Below, piece by piece: positions 38,801 to 50,290 of a stretch of DNA of 64,000 nt (its first letter is position 1; every line of letters begins with the position of its first letter). The notes under the pieces are model-generated. The model saw only the letters and a program-made list of their open reading frames with translations, had not been told where the DNA came from and searched no databases. This DNA is from Eledone cirrhosa. Its lineage: Eukaryota. Position numbers and translations under genes: made by a program. The stretch is taken from assembly GCA_964016885.1 (NCBI GenBank), contig OZ024750.1, forward strand, positions 124,001 through 188,000, given 5' to 3'.

Positions 38801-41800
38801 TCTTGCTTCCAACTGCTGTTTCCATAGCCAGAATTTATTCTCTAGCTCCACTACTGATACTGCTATAAGAACCAGATTGTCAGCATAGAGAAGTTCCCAT
38901 GGACAGCCAGTCTTAAACTCCTCTGTTATGGCTTGGAGGACTATAATGAACAAGAGCGGGCTGAGGACCGAACCTTGATGTACTCCTACTTGTATCTGGA
39001 ATTCCTCACTAAACTCCATTCCTACCCTCACTTTACTGACAGCACCTTTGTACAAAGTTTGCACTGTCCTCACAAGCCATTCCTCAAAACCTAGTTTCCT
39101 TAGTGACCACCAGATGACAGATCGGGGTACCCTATCAAAGGCCTTCTCTAGGTCAACAAAGGTTAAGTATAGTGGCTTATTTTTCTCTAAGAACCTCTCT
39201 TGTAATTGTCTCACCAAGAAGAGGGCATCTGTTGTACTTTTCCCAGGCACAAAACCAAACTGCATCTCATCTAGTTTGACCCTTTCTCTAATTAGTTGTG
39301 CTAATATCCTTTATGCCACTTTCATAACCTGATCCATCAGTTTTATACCCCTATAATTGCTCCTCTCCAGAGCATCCCCTTTACCTTTGTAGCAATTTAT
39401 GAGAATACTGCTGCACCCGTCTTTGGGTATGACACCACCATATATAGCCTGATTTATGATGCGTGCAACCAGTTTAGTGCCTATGTCCCCTGATGCCTTC
39501 AGCATCCCAGCAACTATCCCCGACGGTCCAGCAGCCTTACCATTTTTCATTTCCTTAATCGCCTCTTGGACCCTATATTCATCAATCTCAATAGCTTGGT
39601 CCCTGTGTTGGATCTACTGAGGGTAATTTCTCTCTCTCCCATTCGTTCTCCACAATCATCAGTCTCTCATAATGACATTTCCAGGCCTCTTTTTTCTGAT
39701 CATTCGTGACACTAAGTACACTGGCATCATTCCGGACACATTTATCTCCAACAAGATCCTGATTTGCATTGACACGCTGCCTTGCAATGTGGAACACTGC
39801 ACACCTCTGATCTTCCCGTCGCAGAACATTGGCAAACCTCCTACTTTCAGCCTCCCTGCGTGCTAAGTACACTTGACGTCTAGCTTCTCTCTTAGCGACT
39901 GTATATCCTTCTCTACTCCCACCCTTTTTCCAAGCCTTCCATGCTAGTCTTTTGTCTCTAATGGCGCTATCTACTGTGCTGTTCCACCACCAGGTCACTC
40001 TCTGTCTGGTTGGAGCTTTGCTCCAGCCACAAGTTTCATCAGTAGCCTGCAGTAAGTTGTCACGTAAGAAATTTCAGTTATTATCTATGTCATACGACTC
40101 TAAATCGTTTCTTTTTCGTCATACACATCTTGAAGGGCTTTCCTAAATTTGTATTTTAGTGAAAGGTCTTTTAGCTTCCAGACCTTTCTTCTCCACACCT
40201 TCCTGTATGTCTCATTCTATCTCTTGCTTCCTGAGATATCACTAACGACTAACCTATACTGTGGGGTACATTCTTCCCCAGAGTATGCCTTGGTATTTGA
40301 CACCATCTGTCTGTCCCGCTGCCTAACTAGTAAGAAGTTAATCTGGCTTATGTGCTCGCCTGATTTGTAGGCTATTAGGTGGTTGGCAGGTGTCTGGAAG
40401 TTAGTGTTGCAAATAGTCAGTGTACTTGCATCACAAAATTCAAGAAGTCTCACTCCTTCTTCATTTCTTAAGCCGTAACCGTGCCTACCATGTACCCCTG
40501 TGTAAACCTTCCTGGAGCTGTCCAACAGGACCATTGAAGACCCCTGCTAGCATAACGATGTCCCGTCCTCTGTCATTGCGGCTGTTTGTAAAAGTTGCTC
40601 GTAAAAGCAGTCTTTCTCTTCTTTCCCTAGGCCTGCTTGGGGAGCATAGGCAGAGATGATTGTCAATAGTCTCCTGCCTACAACTAATCTAAGCTTAATT
40701 ATTCGATTATTAACTTGAACTACCTCTATTGTCTTATTGATCCATCTCTCAGCCAGGAAAATGCCCCTCCCTCTAACCCATCATCCCTACCTACCCAGAA
40801 AAGCTTATAGCTAAGGTGTTTGCCTGCGACTAGTCTTGCAGAGGCACCTCTCCATCTCACCTCTTGCACGCAGCACACATCAACATGCCTTCTCTCCAGC
40901 ATCTCCGCTATTTTACCAGATCTACCTGTGAAAGTGCCAACATTAAGTGTTGCAACTCTGAGATGCGACGTCTTCATATTTTGTTGTTCCTATATATTTG
41001 TTGCTGTGCTCATAATACAATAGTTAGTTAATTCAAACAATCATCATCATTTAACGCCTGCTTTCCCTGCTAGTAAGGGTTGGACAGAAGTTCACAAACC
41101 CAGTCAGTACTGAAGTGGGTCTACTAATCTCCCAGACAGGCCAGGAATCTACAAGTTGCTACTGAGTGTATTTTATCATGGTAACTAAACTGTGGTGACA
41201 CATTCATAATGTTTGCATTTGTCAGCAATTACATTTACAGTCAAAACTACAACTACATCATGAAAAATAATATTAATAGTAAACAAATTTGCTCTCAGTG
41301 AGATTTAAATTCAGAATATAAAGGAATGCAACTAAATAGATTTTGGCATATATATTTCTTATATTTACATATCATGACAATATCTTTATCTACCTGTATT
41401 AAAAGGGTCAGCTGAAATGTTCATAGGCTGATGAAGATACTCTCATGGAATGTGACCAAATGAAGTTTATTTTTCAACATAGTCCCCCTTGAAATCCACA
41501 CGCTTCTTCCATAAGTGTTGCAGTGCTTGGATCTCTTTGATGAAGAATCTTTCATCCTGTTGGTCAAAAACAGCATTAACAGTGGTTCCCAGCCAAGTGT
41601 TTCTTCATGTTGGGGAACAGATGATAGTCAGATAGGGCCAAATCAGGAGAACAGGGAAGGTGATCAACCAAATTAAAGCCACAGTCATGCACAGGAGCCA
41701 TAGAAACCAAGGAATTGTGTGCTAGAGCATCGTCTTGATGAAACAAGACCTCTTTAGTCAGTTTTCCAGGGTGTTTGGTCTTGATAGCCTTTCATAACTG

Positions 41801-44800
41801 CATCAGCAAATTGGCATAGTACTCTCCAGTGATGGTGTTGTTCTTTTGAAGATAGTCGATAAACATAATTCCTTTTGCATCCTAAAAAACTGAAGCCATC
41901 ACCTTCCCTGCAGATTGGCCTTGTTTGGAGCAGGTGAGGAGGGGTGTATCCACTGCATGGATTCTCTCTCTGTCTCTGGCTCAAAGTGATGAACCCAACA
42001 CTCATCCTGGGTTAGGAAACCACCTGGATCTGCCTCAAACAATGTCACATATTCTCGTGATGAGATCAGCCTGGTGTGCTTTTGATCATGTGTCAGAGGA
42101 AGTGGCATCCACTGAGCTGAAACCTTCATCATGCCCAGTTCATTGTGCAGAATATTCTCAATTCTCTCAGAGGATATGCTAAAAGCATTGGCTATTTCAT
42201 TTATAGGCAATCGCCTGTCATCCATCACCAATACGATCAGTTTTCCTTGGTGGTGGCAGTTGTGGGACGTCCAGACTTAAGGTCATCTTCAAGATTTGTA
42301 GCAATAACACAGAACTTTCATATATTCAAATAAAAGCCTGCTTTAACCCAGAAACCTTTATAGACTATAATTTTGTTTGTTATTTTATGATTTTTTTTTT
42401 ATTTTCAGAAACAAATTGATAAAGAATTCTTTCTCTTGTTTATGGTGACTGATGAAAATAATTCTTGGTACTTAAAAAGGAATATTGAAAAGTATACTAA
42501 AGATCAAAAAAATGTTGATTTAGAGGATGAAGATTTTATGGAATCAAATTTGATGCATGGTAGGTAATTCATTCGGTTAGGAATTTTATTAAATAGAAAT
42601 AACACAAGAATTAATATTTATTAACACCAAACATCCCATGGCATATGAAACCACATTAGCAAGGCATTCTTGAAAAATAAAACACTATGACTGCATCACA
42701 CTATTTGAGTCTTTACAGCATAGAATAATGGCCTTGAGTTCAAATCCCGCCAAGGTTAACTTTGCCTTTCATCCTTATGGGGTCGATAAAATAAAACATC
42801 AGTAATGCACTGGGATAATTGCTGGCATTATGCCAAAAGTAGAAACAATTATTTAAGTCTTTAGTTTGCTGCAAATTTTCACAACAATCTGTCCTTTAGT
42901 AAAGGTACGATAAACATTTGAATTAAGAAAACAGTTTTTTTTATATTTTCTGTTAAGAGTTAATTATATATTCAGATTGAAATGTTAGTTTTTGTAGGCT
43001 CTATCTTCCCAGGGTTGAAAAAATGAGAGAAGTTCTTGAGCTAACAAAATATTTCATATATCAGCTTGATAGGATTATTGCATGTGATAAGTGATGGGTG
43101 AGAACTTTAAAACAATGACCAAAAAACAAACAAACAAACTTAATCACTCAAGGTGTGATAGGCAGGTGGAATGCTTCCACCACTACCACCATCACCATCA
43201 ACCAACATCAATTACCACCAACCACCACCATCAACAACCAGCACAACCATCCCAACCATAACCACCACCACCACCACCACCACCACCAACCACCACCATC
43301 AACAACCAGCACAACCATAACCACCACCATCATCACAACCACCACCATCAATTATACATAAGAAGTTTCTGTTAAGTAATGTTTCAAACATCAGTTACAT
43401 AATGGAGAAATTAGATATTTTACTAAATCCATTCAAATTCTGGATTTATTTTAATTGAAACATGGACATTTGTGAAAAATATGGTCATGAATGAGTTAAA
43501 ACTGAATGTAGAAAAACACACTTGTACACTGATCTAGATAAATAATAAATAATTGTTTCTACTTTTGGCACAAGGCCAGCAATTAAATCAGTGTATTACT
43601 GGTACTTTATTTTATCGACCCTGTAAGGATGAAAGGCAAAGTTAACCTCAGCGGGATTTGAACTCAGAATGGCAAGGGTCGTAACTCTATGCATCAAAGC
43701 ATGGTGTCTGCTCCTCTACCGATACTGCCAAATAAATAATAATCATTTATAATAAATAATTGTTTCTACTTTTGGCACAAGGCCAGCAATTATCCCAGTG
43801 TATTACTGGTACTTTATTTTATCGTCCCCATAAGGATGAAAGGCAAAATTAACCTTAGCGGGATTTGATAAATGATAAATAATAATCAATTATAATAAAT
43901 AATTAATCATTTATTTATTGTATTTATTTTGCAAGATTGTTGATATGAAATTGTGTGTTGAAACAAATGTTATATTTTGGAAGGGTCATGCTGCAGACTA
44001 GCCATGTTGTTAATCCTGTATTTAACTTTTCTTATGATTTATGTTCTGTAGGTATCAATGGCTATCTTTATGGAAATCTTCCTGGACTGGAGATGTGCAT
44101 GAATGATAAAGTCAACTGGTATATTATGGCTCTAGGCAATGAAGTTGATTTACACACTGTTTATTTCCATGGAAACACTTTTACTGTTCACCAAAACCAT
44201 AAAGACACTTTCAGTGTACTTCCAGGAATGTTACAAACTCTAAGAATGACAGCTGTAAACCCAGGTAAGTAAATTGTACCTCATGAAAACACCCTGTGAC
44301 ACAACATTGTCAGACTATAACTATTTTACTTGTTTTAGCCAGTATAATGTGACCATGCTGGAGCACTGCCTTGATTTATTTAGTCAATTATATCAACCGC
44401 AGTATGAATTTTTTTAAATCTGATACTTATTTCATCCATCTCCTTTTGTCAAAGCACTAAGTTCATCATCATCATCATCGTTTAACGCCCACTTTCCACG
44501 CTAGCATGGGTTAGACAGGTTGTCCCATTTGAGGTAAGTTGGGTCAGGTGACCGTCGTGTCTTGCTCATATAGTTTCTGGCTAGATTTCTACAGCTGGAT
44601 GCCCTAGGTTACAGGACATAAACACAGACAAACATAAATGGATACACATACATACATATACATCATATATATAAATACACTTAGATACAGATAGAATTGT
44701 TGATTACAATTAATCAATTATTAGCAGATTTCCTCAGCCTGAAACTGTATTGTACAGGCCATTTGAAGAATATATGAATTCTAGCAGGTTTCTATGTGAA

Positions 44801-47800
44801 ACAATGGAGATACTGATTTATTCAAATGGTCTGAAATTGTGTACTTTAACCATTTACATTATATATACTATAGGTAAAATTCCATTATAAGAAATACCAT
44901 TATAACAAATTTTTCAGTATAACAACATTTTTTTCAATCACCAGTCACACGCTCAATGTGTTAGGTTGATCTCGTTACACAGAATTTTTCCCAATTTTTT
45001 TTCTATGGGAATTTCGTTATAACAGAATTCCAGTGTATTATATTTTCGCGGTAAACACATTATCTCACATAATATTGAATCTACGAGATTTTGATATTAT
45101 TTATTTTGAGAGCAAAACCTTCATATAAGTATGAGCTAGTTTTGGCCGATTTGAATAGAAAGAGGTGAGAGAATTCTGGCCGGATTAGTTCGATTTGAAT
45201 TCTAAAGGGTTAAGGTTTTTCTATGTTAAGCTGTGAAATCATTGATATTTCTTTCCTTTCCTACCTGGGATTGTTACCTTACGACAACTTAATGTATAGT
45301 GTCTGCTCTGGAATCTCCATTGTAAACGAGATCAAAATCATTGTATATCGATCGAAATCCTTATTATAATTAACTCTCCTCTCACACCCAATTTTTTTGG
45401 GCATATTGGTCGACTGCTTTCATTGGTGAAAGTGGTGCTTCTATTTTTAGCACTACTGTCATGCCCCAGGCAGCTGCCACTGCTGCTGTCCGGTTAACTA
45501 ATTAGCAGTAAGCTTAATTCTAAGATGTGGATTACCATAATCGACTTTAAACTTTAGTAGTAAAGTTGATATTTTGGGATTTCTCTTGTGGACTAATAGC
45601 CCAGAATTTAATTATTGAACATATTATAAATGAGATCGAAATCATTGTATATCGATGTAAATCCTTATTATATATATATATATATATATATAACAAGCCA
45701 TGCTCAACACAAACAAGTATACAAAGGTCGACTGAAAAGTTCATAGGCTGACCAAGATATTCTCATGGAATGACCGAATGAGGTTTATTTTTCAATATAG
45801 TCCTTGGAAAGAAACAATGCAGTTATTAATAAAAAGATGTGAAATGAATGCATGCAAGATTTCACAGCTCTAGCATCACTCCTTCCTAGTCAGTTTATGA
45901 ACTTTTCAGCCAATACTGATATGTTTTGATTAACCCTACCAGCTATATAACATGTAGTATCTTATTTTAGGTTCCTGGGCTGTTGAGTGTGTAACAAATG
46001 ATCACTTTAATGCTGGAACCAAGGCCCTGTATGAGGTTCAGAAATGTGGGAGAAGTCTAGATGTTAAACTAAAGGGGGACAATGTGATAACCTATTACAT
46101 AAAAGCTGAAGAAGTTGAATGGGAATATGCACCAGGACATGAAGATCGTGTTTATAACAAATCACTTGATGACCCTGAAAAGTAAGTTGCCCATTATTTG
46201 TCAGTCTGTCAGCCACTGTCACTGTCTCTGTCAGTCAGTCAGTGTGTGTGTGTGTGTATGTGTGTGAGTGAGAGTGTGTCTATCATGATGATGATGGCAA
46301 TGATAGTAGTGGTGGTGACCATGATGATAATGAGGATGGTGATGATGGTGGTGGTGGTGATCCTGTTGATAATGATTATGATGGTGATAATGATGATGAT
46401 GGTTATGATGATAGTGACCCATCATAAGATACTTATTTAAAGGTTGTATTTATGGCTATTACAGGCCTTCCAAGATGGAGCATCACATCACCGAGAATAT
46501 AAGCAAACAGCTGAAAATATACATATTATAATTTAAGAACGTCTGACTATAAAAACACTTGCTCTGTACACAGACCTACAAAGAAATGTGTGTATGTATG
46601 GACTCGTAACTCCTGGGGGAGTTGTAGGGGCGCCGTATTGAAATGCGTCGTTTCTAAGGCATTTTTTAAAACTTGACTGAGCGCAGCATATTTCTTCCAG
46701 AGAAGGAAAGAGAGAGTGAGAGAATGAAAGTGAGAAAAAGACACAGCGGCAGAATTGACCTCAGTATTTGACTAGTACCTTTTTTTCATCGACTTCGAAT
46801 GGGTGAAAGGCAAAGTTAACTTCACCGAGATTTGAACTCATAGAGCAGAGAGCCAAAACGAATACCACAAAGCATTCTATCCGACGTTCTAACGACTTTG
46901 CCACTGTCCAGTCTCCGACAAAGAAATAACGTGGGTATCTGGAATGATAAGGGGGAATAACTCTCAAAGCTATGATGTATCCTTGAGCAGATGTTTGAGT
47001 GTAGTTTTCCTGTCACTGTTTTTTAAAAATCTTTTCTATTCAAACCTTTTTATCCCCCCCCCCCCCCACACACAATTAGTCAATGTAGCAATGAAAATAT
47101 ATTTTTCATTTCACTTTCTAATAATGATTTTTAATCTAGGTATAAGGTCTGCAATTTGTGGTGACGGTAAATTCAATTAAATTGACCCCAGTGCGTTACC
47201 GGTACTTTAATTTATCGACACCATAAGGATGAAATCATTATTGGTTAGTCAGAAATAAAATTGGCTCTATTAACCCTTTCGTGATCATATTTCTAATGAA
47301 ATACACTGTATTTCAATTAATTAATGAAGAATTTTGAGGGATTTACTAAAATTATCAATAATTTCATTACTAATATATAACTTAATGTAAGATTCTTATA
47401 TAAAATTATGTTGGAAGATTTTAATTTAAATAGGAAACCTTTAAAATGGGTGGTTTGGCTTTATTGGAAACTAAGGGATTAAAAGTAACCAAGAACCAAG
47501 TGTTACCTTTAAAGTCTAGACAGATTAAGTATACTATATTTATATATATATACAATTATTTTCATGAATAATAATGTCAAAGTCCAGGCTAATAATTTGA
47601 CATGTCTTTAATATTCTAATATTCAATTGTTTTAATCCCTATCCCCATAATTTCACTTGTGTTTTTCTAAATCCTAAAACTTTAAATATCTTGTAGCCCT
47701 GGAAATGCATTTGTGAAATCTTCAGATTCACTCATTGGAAGTAAATACATCAAAGCAGTTTACCGAGCTTATACAAACAACTACTTTACAACACCTCTCC

Positions 47801-49282
47801 CCCACCCAGAATCATTTGGAATTCTAGGACCACTAATAAAAGCTGAAGTTGGAGATACTATAAATGTGGTCTTTTTGAATGCAGCTAGATATCCTCTCTC
47901 AATTCTTGCTCACGGAGTCCTTTATAACAAGTCAAGTGAAGGTGCAAAATACTCAAGCTTTAAAGAAGATTCTGGGAAAGGACATTCTGTCGAACAAAAT
48001 GAAACTTTCACATACACATGGGTTGTACCAAAAAGTTCTGGGCCTGGCAAAAGCGATCCAGATTGTATCAATTATGCATACTATTCAGCAGTGAACCCAT
48101 CAAAAGACACAAATGCTGGGTTAATTGGACCTCTTGTTATCTGTCGAAAGGGAAAATCAAATTTTACAAATACAAAAGCCTTCCCACTTTTATTTAATGT
48201 ATTCGATGAAAATGAAAGTTTATATTTGGATGACAACATTAAGCAATATGCAAATAAATCAAATAAAGAGGATGAAGAATTTATTGAGAACAACAAAAAC
48301 CATGGTATATTTTCTTCTTCATTGTAAAGATGTTTATTTTTCTAAACTTTTGACATGTGAAAGTTATAACCCTTTTGTGATAATATTTCTAGTGAAATAA
48401 TTAACCTTTTAAGTATCAAACTAATTTGGAACCTAATTTAATAAAATATCCGTACAGGGCTGACCCTGGCCTAAAAAGCAGCACACACCTCTATTTTCTA
48501 TCTGTTTCACATTTTCTACCCTATTTATCATAATATTATTTAAATAAATAGCATAGTATATGAATTGATGTTCAAATTTACTTTAATACAATAGTTTGTG
48601 ATCCAATGATGTTTCATCAGAATACATATAATCATCATCATTTAACGTCTATTTTCCTTGCTTGCATGGGTTACATGACTGCCACATGCTGAGGCCAGAC
48701 TAGGCAAGTGACTAGGTCCTGCTTATATGCTTTGTTTTGTCTTGGTTTCTATGGCTGCATGCCATTCCAAACCCCAACCACTTTACAGCATGTACCAAGA
48801 GCATTATATCGTGACTTCAGCACTACCACTTTACAGAGTGGACTGGGTGTTTTTCATTGTTGCACCTGCACTACCACCCTACAAGGTGGACTGGGTACGT
48901 TTGTCATGGCACCAGCATTTTCATAATTACAAAATAAATAGATAGTTAATACAAATGATTTTATTTTGTCTCCACTTTTGCAGCTATTAATGGTTTTCTG
49001 TATGGAGGACTGCAAGGTTTGAAGATGAAGAAAAAAGATAAAGTTTATTGGTTTTTAATAGGAATGGGAACTGAAGTTGACATACACTCTGTTCACTTTC
49101 ATGGCAACACATTTATTCATTATACTGACTACAAACACAGAAAAGACACATTGGATTTGTGGCCTGGTGCATTTAACACTATCTTCATGGTTCCAGAAAA
49201 TCCAGGTAAATGGTTACTTCATTGCCATGTTGATGATCATATCACAGGAGGTATGAGTACAGTCTATACAGTAGAAGATTAA
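18331..49282 (+). CDS. Secreted six-domain multicopper ferroxidase (ceruloplasmin/hephaestin-like), 13 coding exons, 1048 aa
   Basis: Exons 18331-18479, 25813-26057, 29088-29300, 30376-30673, 31768-31874, 33619-33793, 36146-36429, 37589-37782, 42409-42559, 44052-44264, 45971-46181, 47697-48304, 48984-49282 join in frame (3147 nt with stop), all GT-AG. Signal peptide [19 protein letters not shown]; T2/T3 ligands [33 protein letters not shown]; five ceruloplasmin-type Cys pairs; ends YTVED* with no TM helix. Confidence 0.95.
18833..18948. repeat. Perfect inverted repeat, 52-bp arms, 12-nt loop containing CTGATGA
   Basis: 18833-18884 / 18897-18948. Confidence 0.95.
19740..19965 (-). mobile_element. 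3' end of another RTE-type LINE with GAA tail; copies at 55930-56140 (+) and 57655-57880 (-)
   Basis: Three homologous segments with an RTE-like C-terminal reading ([29 protein letters not shown]). Confidence 0.7.
20301..22202 (-). mobile_element. Ty3/Gypsy-like LTR retrotransposon, internally deleted (RNase H and integrase remain)
   Basis: 5-bp TSD CTTTC (20296-20300, 22203-22207); complete 3' LTR 20301-20554 with TGTGG/CCACA ends and adjacent PPT; partial 5' LTR 22067-22202; VWCDASS...INVAELDAV...IRTDS (RNase H), H..HH...C..C and [24 protein letters not shown] (integrase), frameshifted. Confidence 0.92.
23788..23842 (+). ncRNA. Minimal type I hammerhead ribozyme motif in ferroxidase intron 1
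   Basis: ACTGC-CTGAAGA-A GTCACAGCCA ATGA TGGCTGTCAC C-GAAA-TAAATA-TA-GCAGT. Confidence 0.72.
24863..24987. repeat. Perfect inverted repeat, 60-bp arms, 5-nt loop
   Basis: 24863-24922 / 24928-24987. Confidence 0.95.
25813..26057 (+). CDS. Ferroxidase exon 2 (domain 1, YSIHPHG)
   Basis: [16 protein letters not shown]...LGILGPII...RPYSIHPHG; AG/GT boundaries. Confidence 0.95.
26083..26316. repeat. 117-bp tandem duplication
   Basis: 26083-26199 repeated at 26200-26316, nearly identical. Confidence 0.9.
26254..26482 (-). mobile_element. piggyBac-type MITE (TTAA target, CCCTTT terminus), uninterrupted copy
   Basis: TTAACTCTTTAG...CTAAAGGGTTAA; homologous copies at 32514-33070, 34271-36119, 44846-45213. 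Confidence 0.75.
28605..29036 (+). mobile_element. 5'-truncated, 5'-inverted RTE-like LINE 3' end
   Basis: 11-bp TSD TATTGTTACCT (28594-28604, 29037-29047); minus part [16 protein letters not shown]...[11 protein letters not shown], plus part LYGSLPKVS...RRLRFTGH...[11 protein letters not shown]. Confidence 0.88.
29088..29300 (+). CDS. Ferroxidase exon 3 (domain 1, MYHSH)
   Basis: [13 protein letters not shown]...[11 protein letters not shown]. Confidence 0.95.
29754..29980 (+). mobile_element. Second piggyBac-type MITE family; inverted copy at 47270-47482
   Basis: TTAACCCTTT...AAAGGATTAA termini; reverse-complement similarity to 47270-47482. Confidence 0.65.
30376..30673 (+). CDS. Ferroxidase exon 4 (domain 2)
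   Basis: [11 protein letters not shown]...[12 protein letters not shown]...GNEVDIH. Confidence 0.93.
31768..31874 (+). CDS. Ferroxidase exon 5 (domain 2 T1 Cys/His)
   Basis: [35 protein letters not shown]; absent from ORF track, found by phase matching. Confidence 0.92.
32539..32886 (+). mobile_element. Full-length tRNA-derived SINE with RTE-derived 3' tail and (GAT)n end
   Basis: A box TGGCTTAGTGG, B box GAGTTCAATTC, CORE-like TTCCTTGAGCAAGACACT block, tail GTCCCACCCTTGCAAGCAGGGAAAAGCGGACGTTAAATGATGATG; partial relatives at about 2598, 3240, 29340, 44463, 48630, 50830, 52420, 63140. Confidence 0.85.
33619..33793 (+). CDS. Ferroxidase exon 6 (domain 2/3 junction)
   Basis: [12 protein letters not shown]...[12 protein letters not shown]. 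Confidence 0.93.
34301..35921 (-). mobile_element. 5'-truncated CR1-group LINE with uninterrupted 500-aa RT ORF
   Basis: ORF 34411-35913: [42 protein letters not shown]...[14 protein letters not shown]; (ATT)n tail; TATAT on both sides. Confidence 0.95.
36146..36429 (+). CDS. Ferroxidase exon 7 (domain 3)
   Basis: [16 protein letters not shown]...[15 protein letters not shown]...YSIHPYG. Confidence 0.93.
37589..37782 (+). CDS. Ferroxidase exon 8 (domain 3)
   Basis: [11 protein letters not shown]...[16 protein letters not shown]. Confidence 0.93.
37897..40985 (-). mobile_element. Near full-length RTE-clade LINE (APE + RT), frameshifted
   Basis: RVATLNVGT...CCVQEVRW (APE), [53 protein letters not shown]; (GAT)n tail. 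Confidence 0.95.
41403..42295 (-). mobile_element. Decayed mariner transposon; related TIR/MITE at 45718-45920 and 14200-14290
   Basis: [10 protein letters not shown]...[17 protein letters not shown]...[22 protein letters not shown]; shared terminus GGTC..CTGAAA.GTTCATAGGCTGA. Confidence 0.85.
42409..42559 (+). CDS. Ferroxidase exon 9 (domain 4)
   Basis: [19 protein letters not shown]...FMESNLMH. Confidence 0.93.
43547..43868 (-). mobile_element. Tandem pair of the same SINE family
   Basis: Same consensus; further copies at about 3598, 3910, 4180, 11527, 24093, 42730, 51255, 54260, 58360, 60745, 61162. Confidence 0.85.
44052..44264 (+). CDS. Ferroxidase exon 10 (domain 4)
   Basis: [15 protein letters not shown]...[16 protein letters not shown]. 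Confidence 0.95.
45971..46181 (+). CDS. Ferroxidase exon 11 (domain 4 T1 loop, domain 5 start)
   Basis: [26 protein letters not shown]...[14 protein letters not shown]. Confidence 0.93.
47697..48304 (+). CDS. Ferroxidase exon 12 (domain 5 and start of domain 6)
   Basis: [14 protein letters not shown]...[13 protein letters not shown]...DPDC...[10 protein letters not shown]...[12 protein letters not shown]. Confidence 0.95.
48984..49282 (+). CDS. Ferroxidase exon 13 (domain 6, stop)
   Basis: [10 protein letters not shown]...[11 protein letters not shown]...[23 protein letters not shown]. Confidence 0.96.
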
Positions 49283-50139
49283 AAACTAAACCTGATCTTG
49301 ATTCAAATAATATTTTCATATATCCAAATATTAAACCCTACTTTTTACAGAGGACACGTTTTTGTTGTATATTTTTGTAAACTCTTTGTCTTGTTTCTCC
49401 AGAGAACATTGTAATTATTATCTGTCTCATTAAAATTATTAAAATAATCTTGGAAAAATAAACGTGTTTTCAGTTGTTTTATTTTCATGAGCAATTTGTG
49501 TAACTTTACTGCAGACCCAGCATGGCCAAGAGGGGGGGGGGGAGAGATCCAACTGGGGGACCAGCTATCAAGGTTGATATCTATATGGTAGAAAGGGCCA
49601 TTAAGATATGATAGAGACTGGGAACATAGCTGGATCATTAAGAATCAAGATGTTGAAAATATCAGGTAAAGTATAACATGCAGGTGTCACTGCTATAGGC
49701 CATCAGGTAGTACAGGGAGGAGGTATCACTAATTAATTGTCATGACAACAACAACAGCAGCAGCAGTATTGTCAACTGCCACAATGATAATTACAGAGAT
49801 ATCAAATTGATAAACAAGGTCATTGAAGTGGTAGAGAGTTATAACACAACTAATGAGGAAGAGAATTACCTTAAATGAGATTTAATTTAGTTTTATGTCA
49901 GGATGTCTTTATTTGTATATTTTACTTGCCGTTAACAAGCAATAAATCTAATTTAAATATATAGCCAAGCTTACTCCCCAAAAGTTGCACAACTGCGATG
50001 TTGTTGAAAAAGAGTTACCTTCCTTGAATAAATTTTCCGTAGTATGTTTAATGCATGGTCCCTAACTCTTAATGGAATCGTAGGGGCATTTTTTAAACCT
50101 GGCGAAGTTCATCTTCTTTCCAGGTCTGAACACAACAGA

Positions 50140-50290
50140 TTTAGCAATATTTGACAGTGCTCCCCAACACTATGATATCATTAGAGTAGCAAATTTTGAG
50201 AGTGCTCCCCAGCTCCATCATATTATAGGGATAGCAATTTTTGAGAGTGCTCCATAACACTGTCATTATTGGGGTAGCAATATTTGAATA
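50140..50290. repeat. ~45-bp tandem repeat (TAGCAA..TTTGAGAGTGCTCC)
   Basis: About 4 degenerate units. Confidence 0.75.

Noticed and set aside
41428-41450. CTGATGA in the mariner terminus (also in exons 3, 7 and 9)
   Set aside because: No downstream stem II-GAAA-NUH architecture; chance matches.
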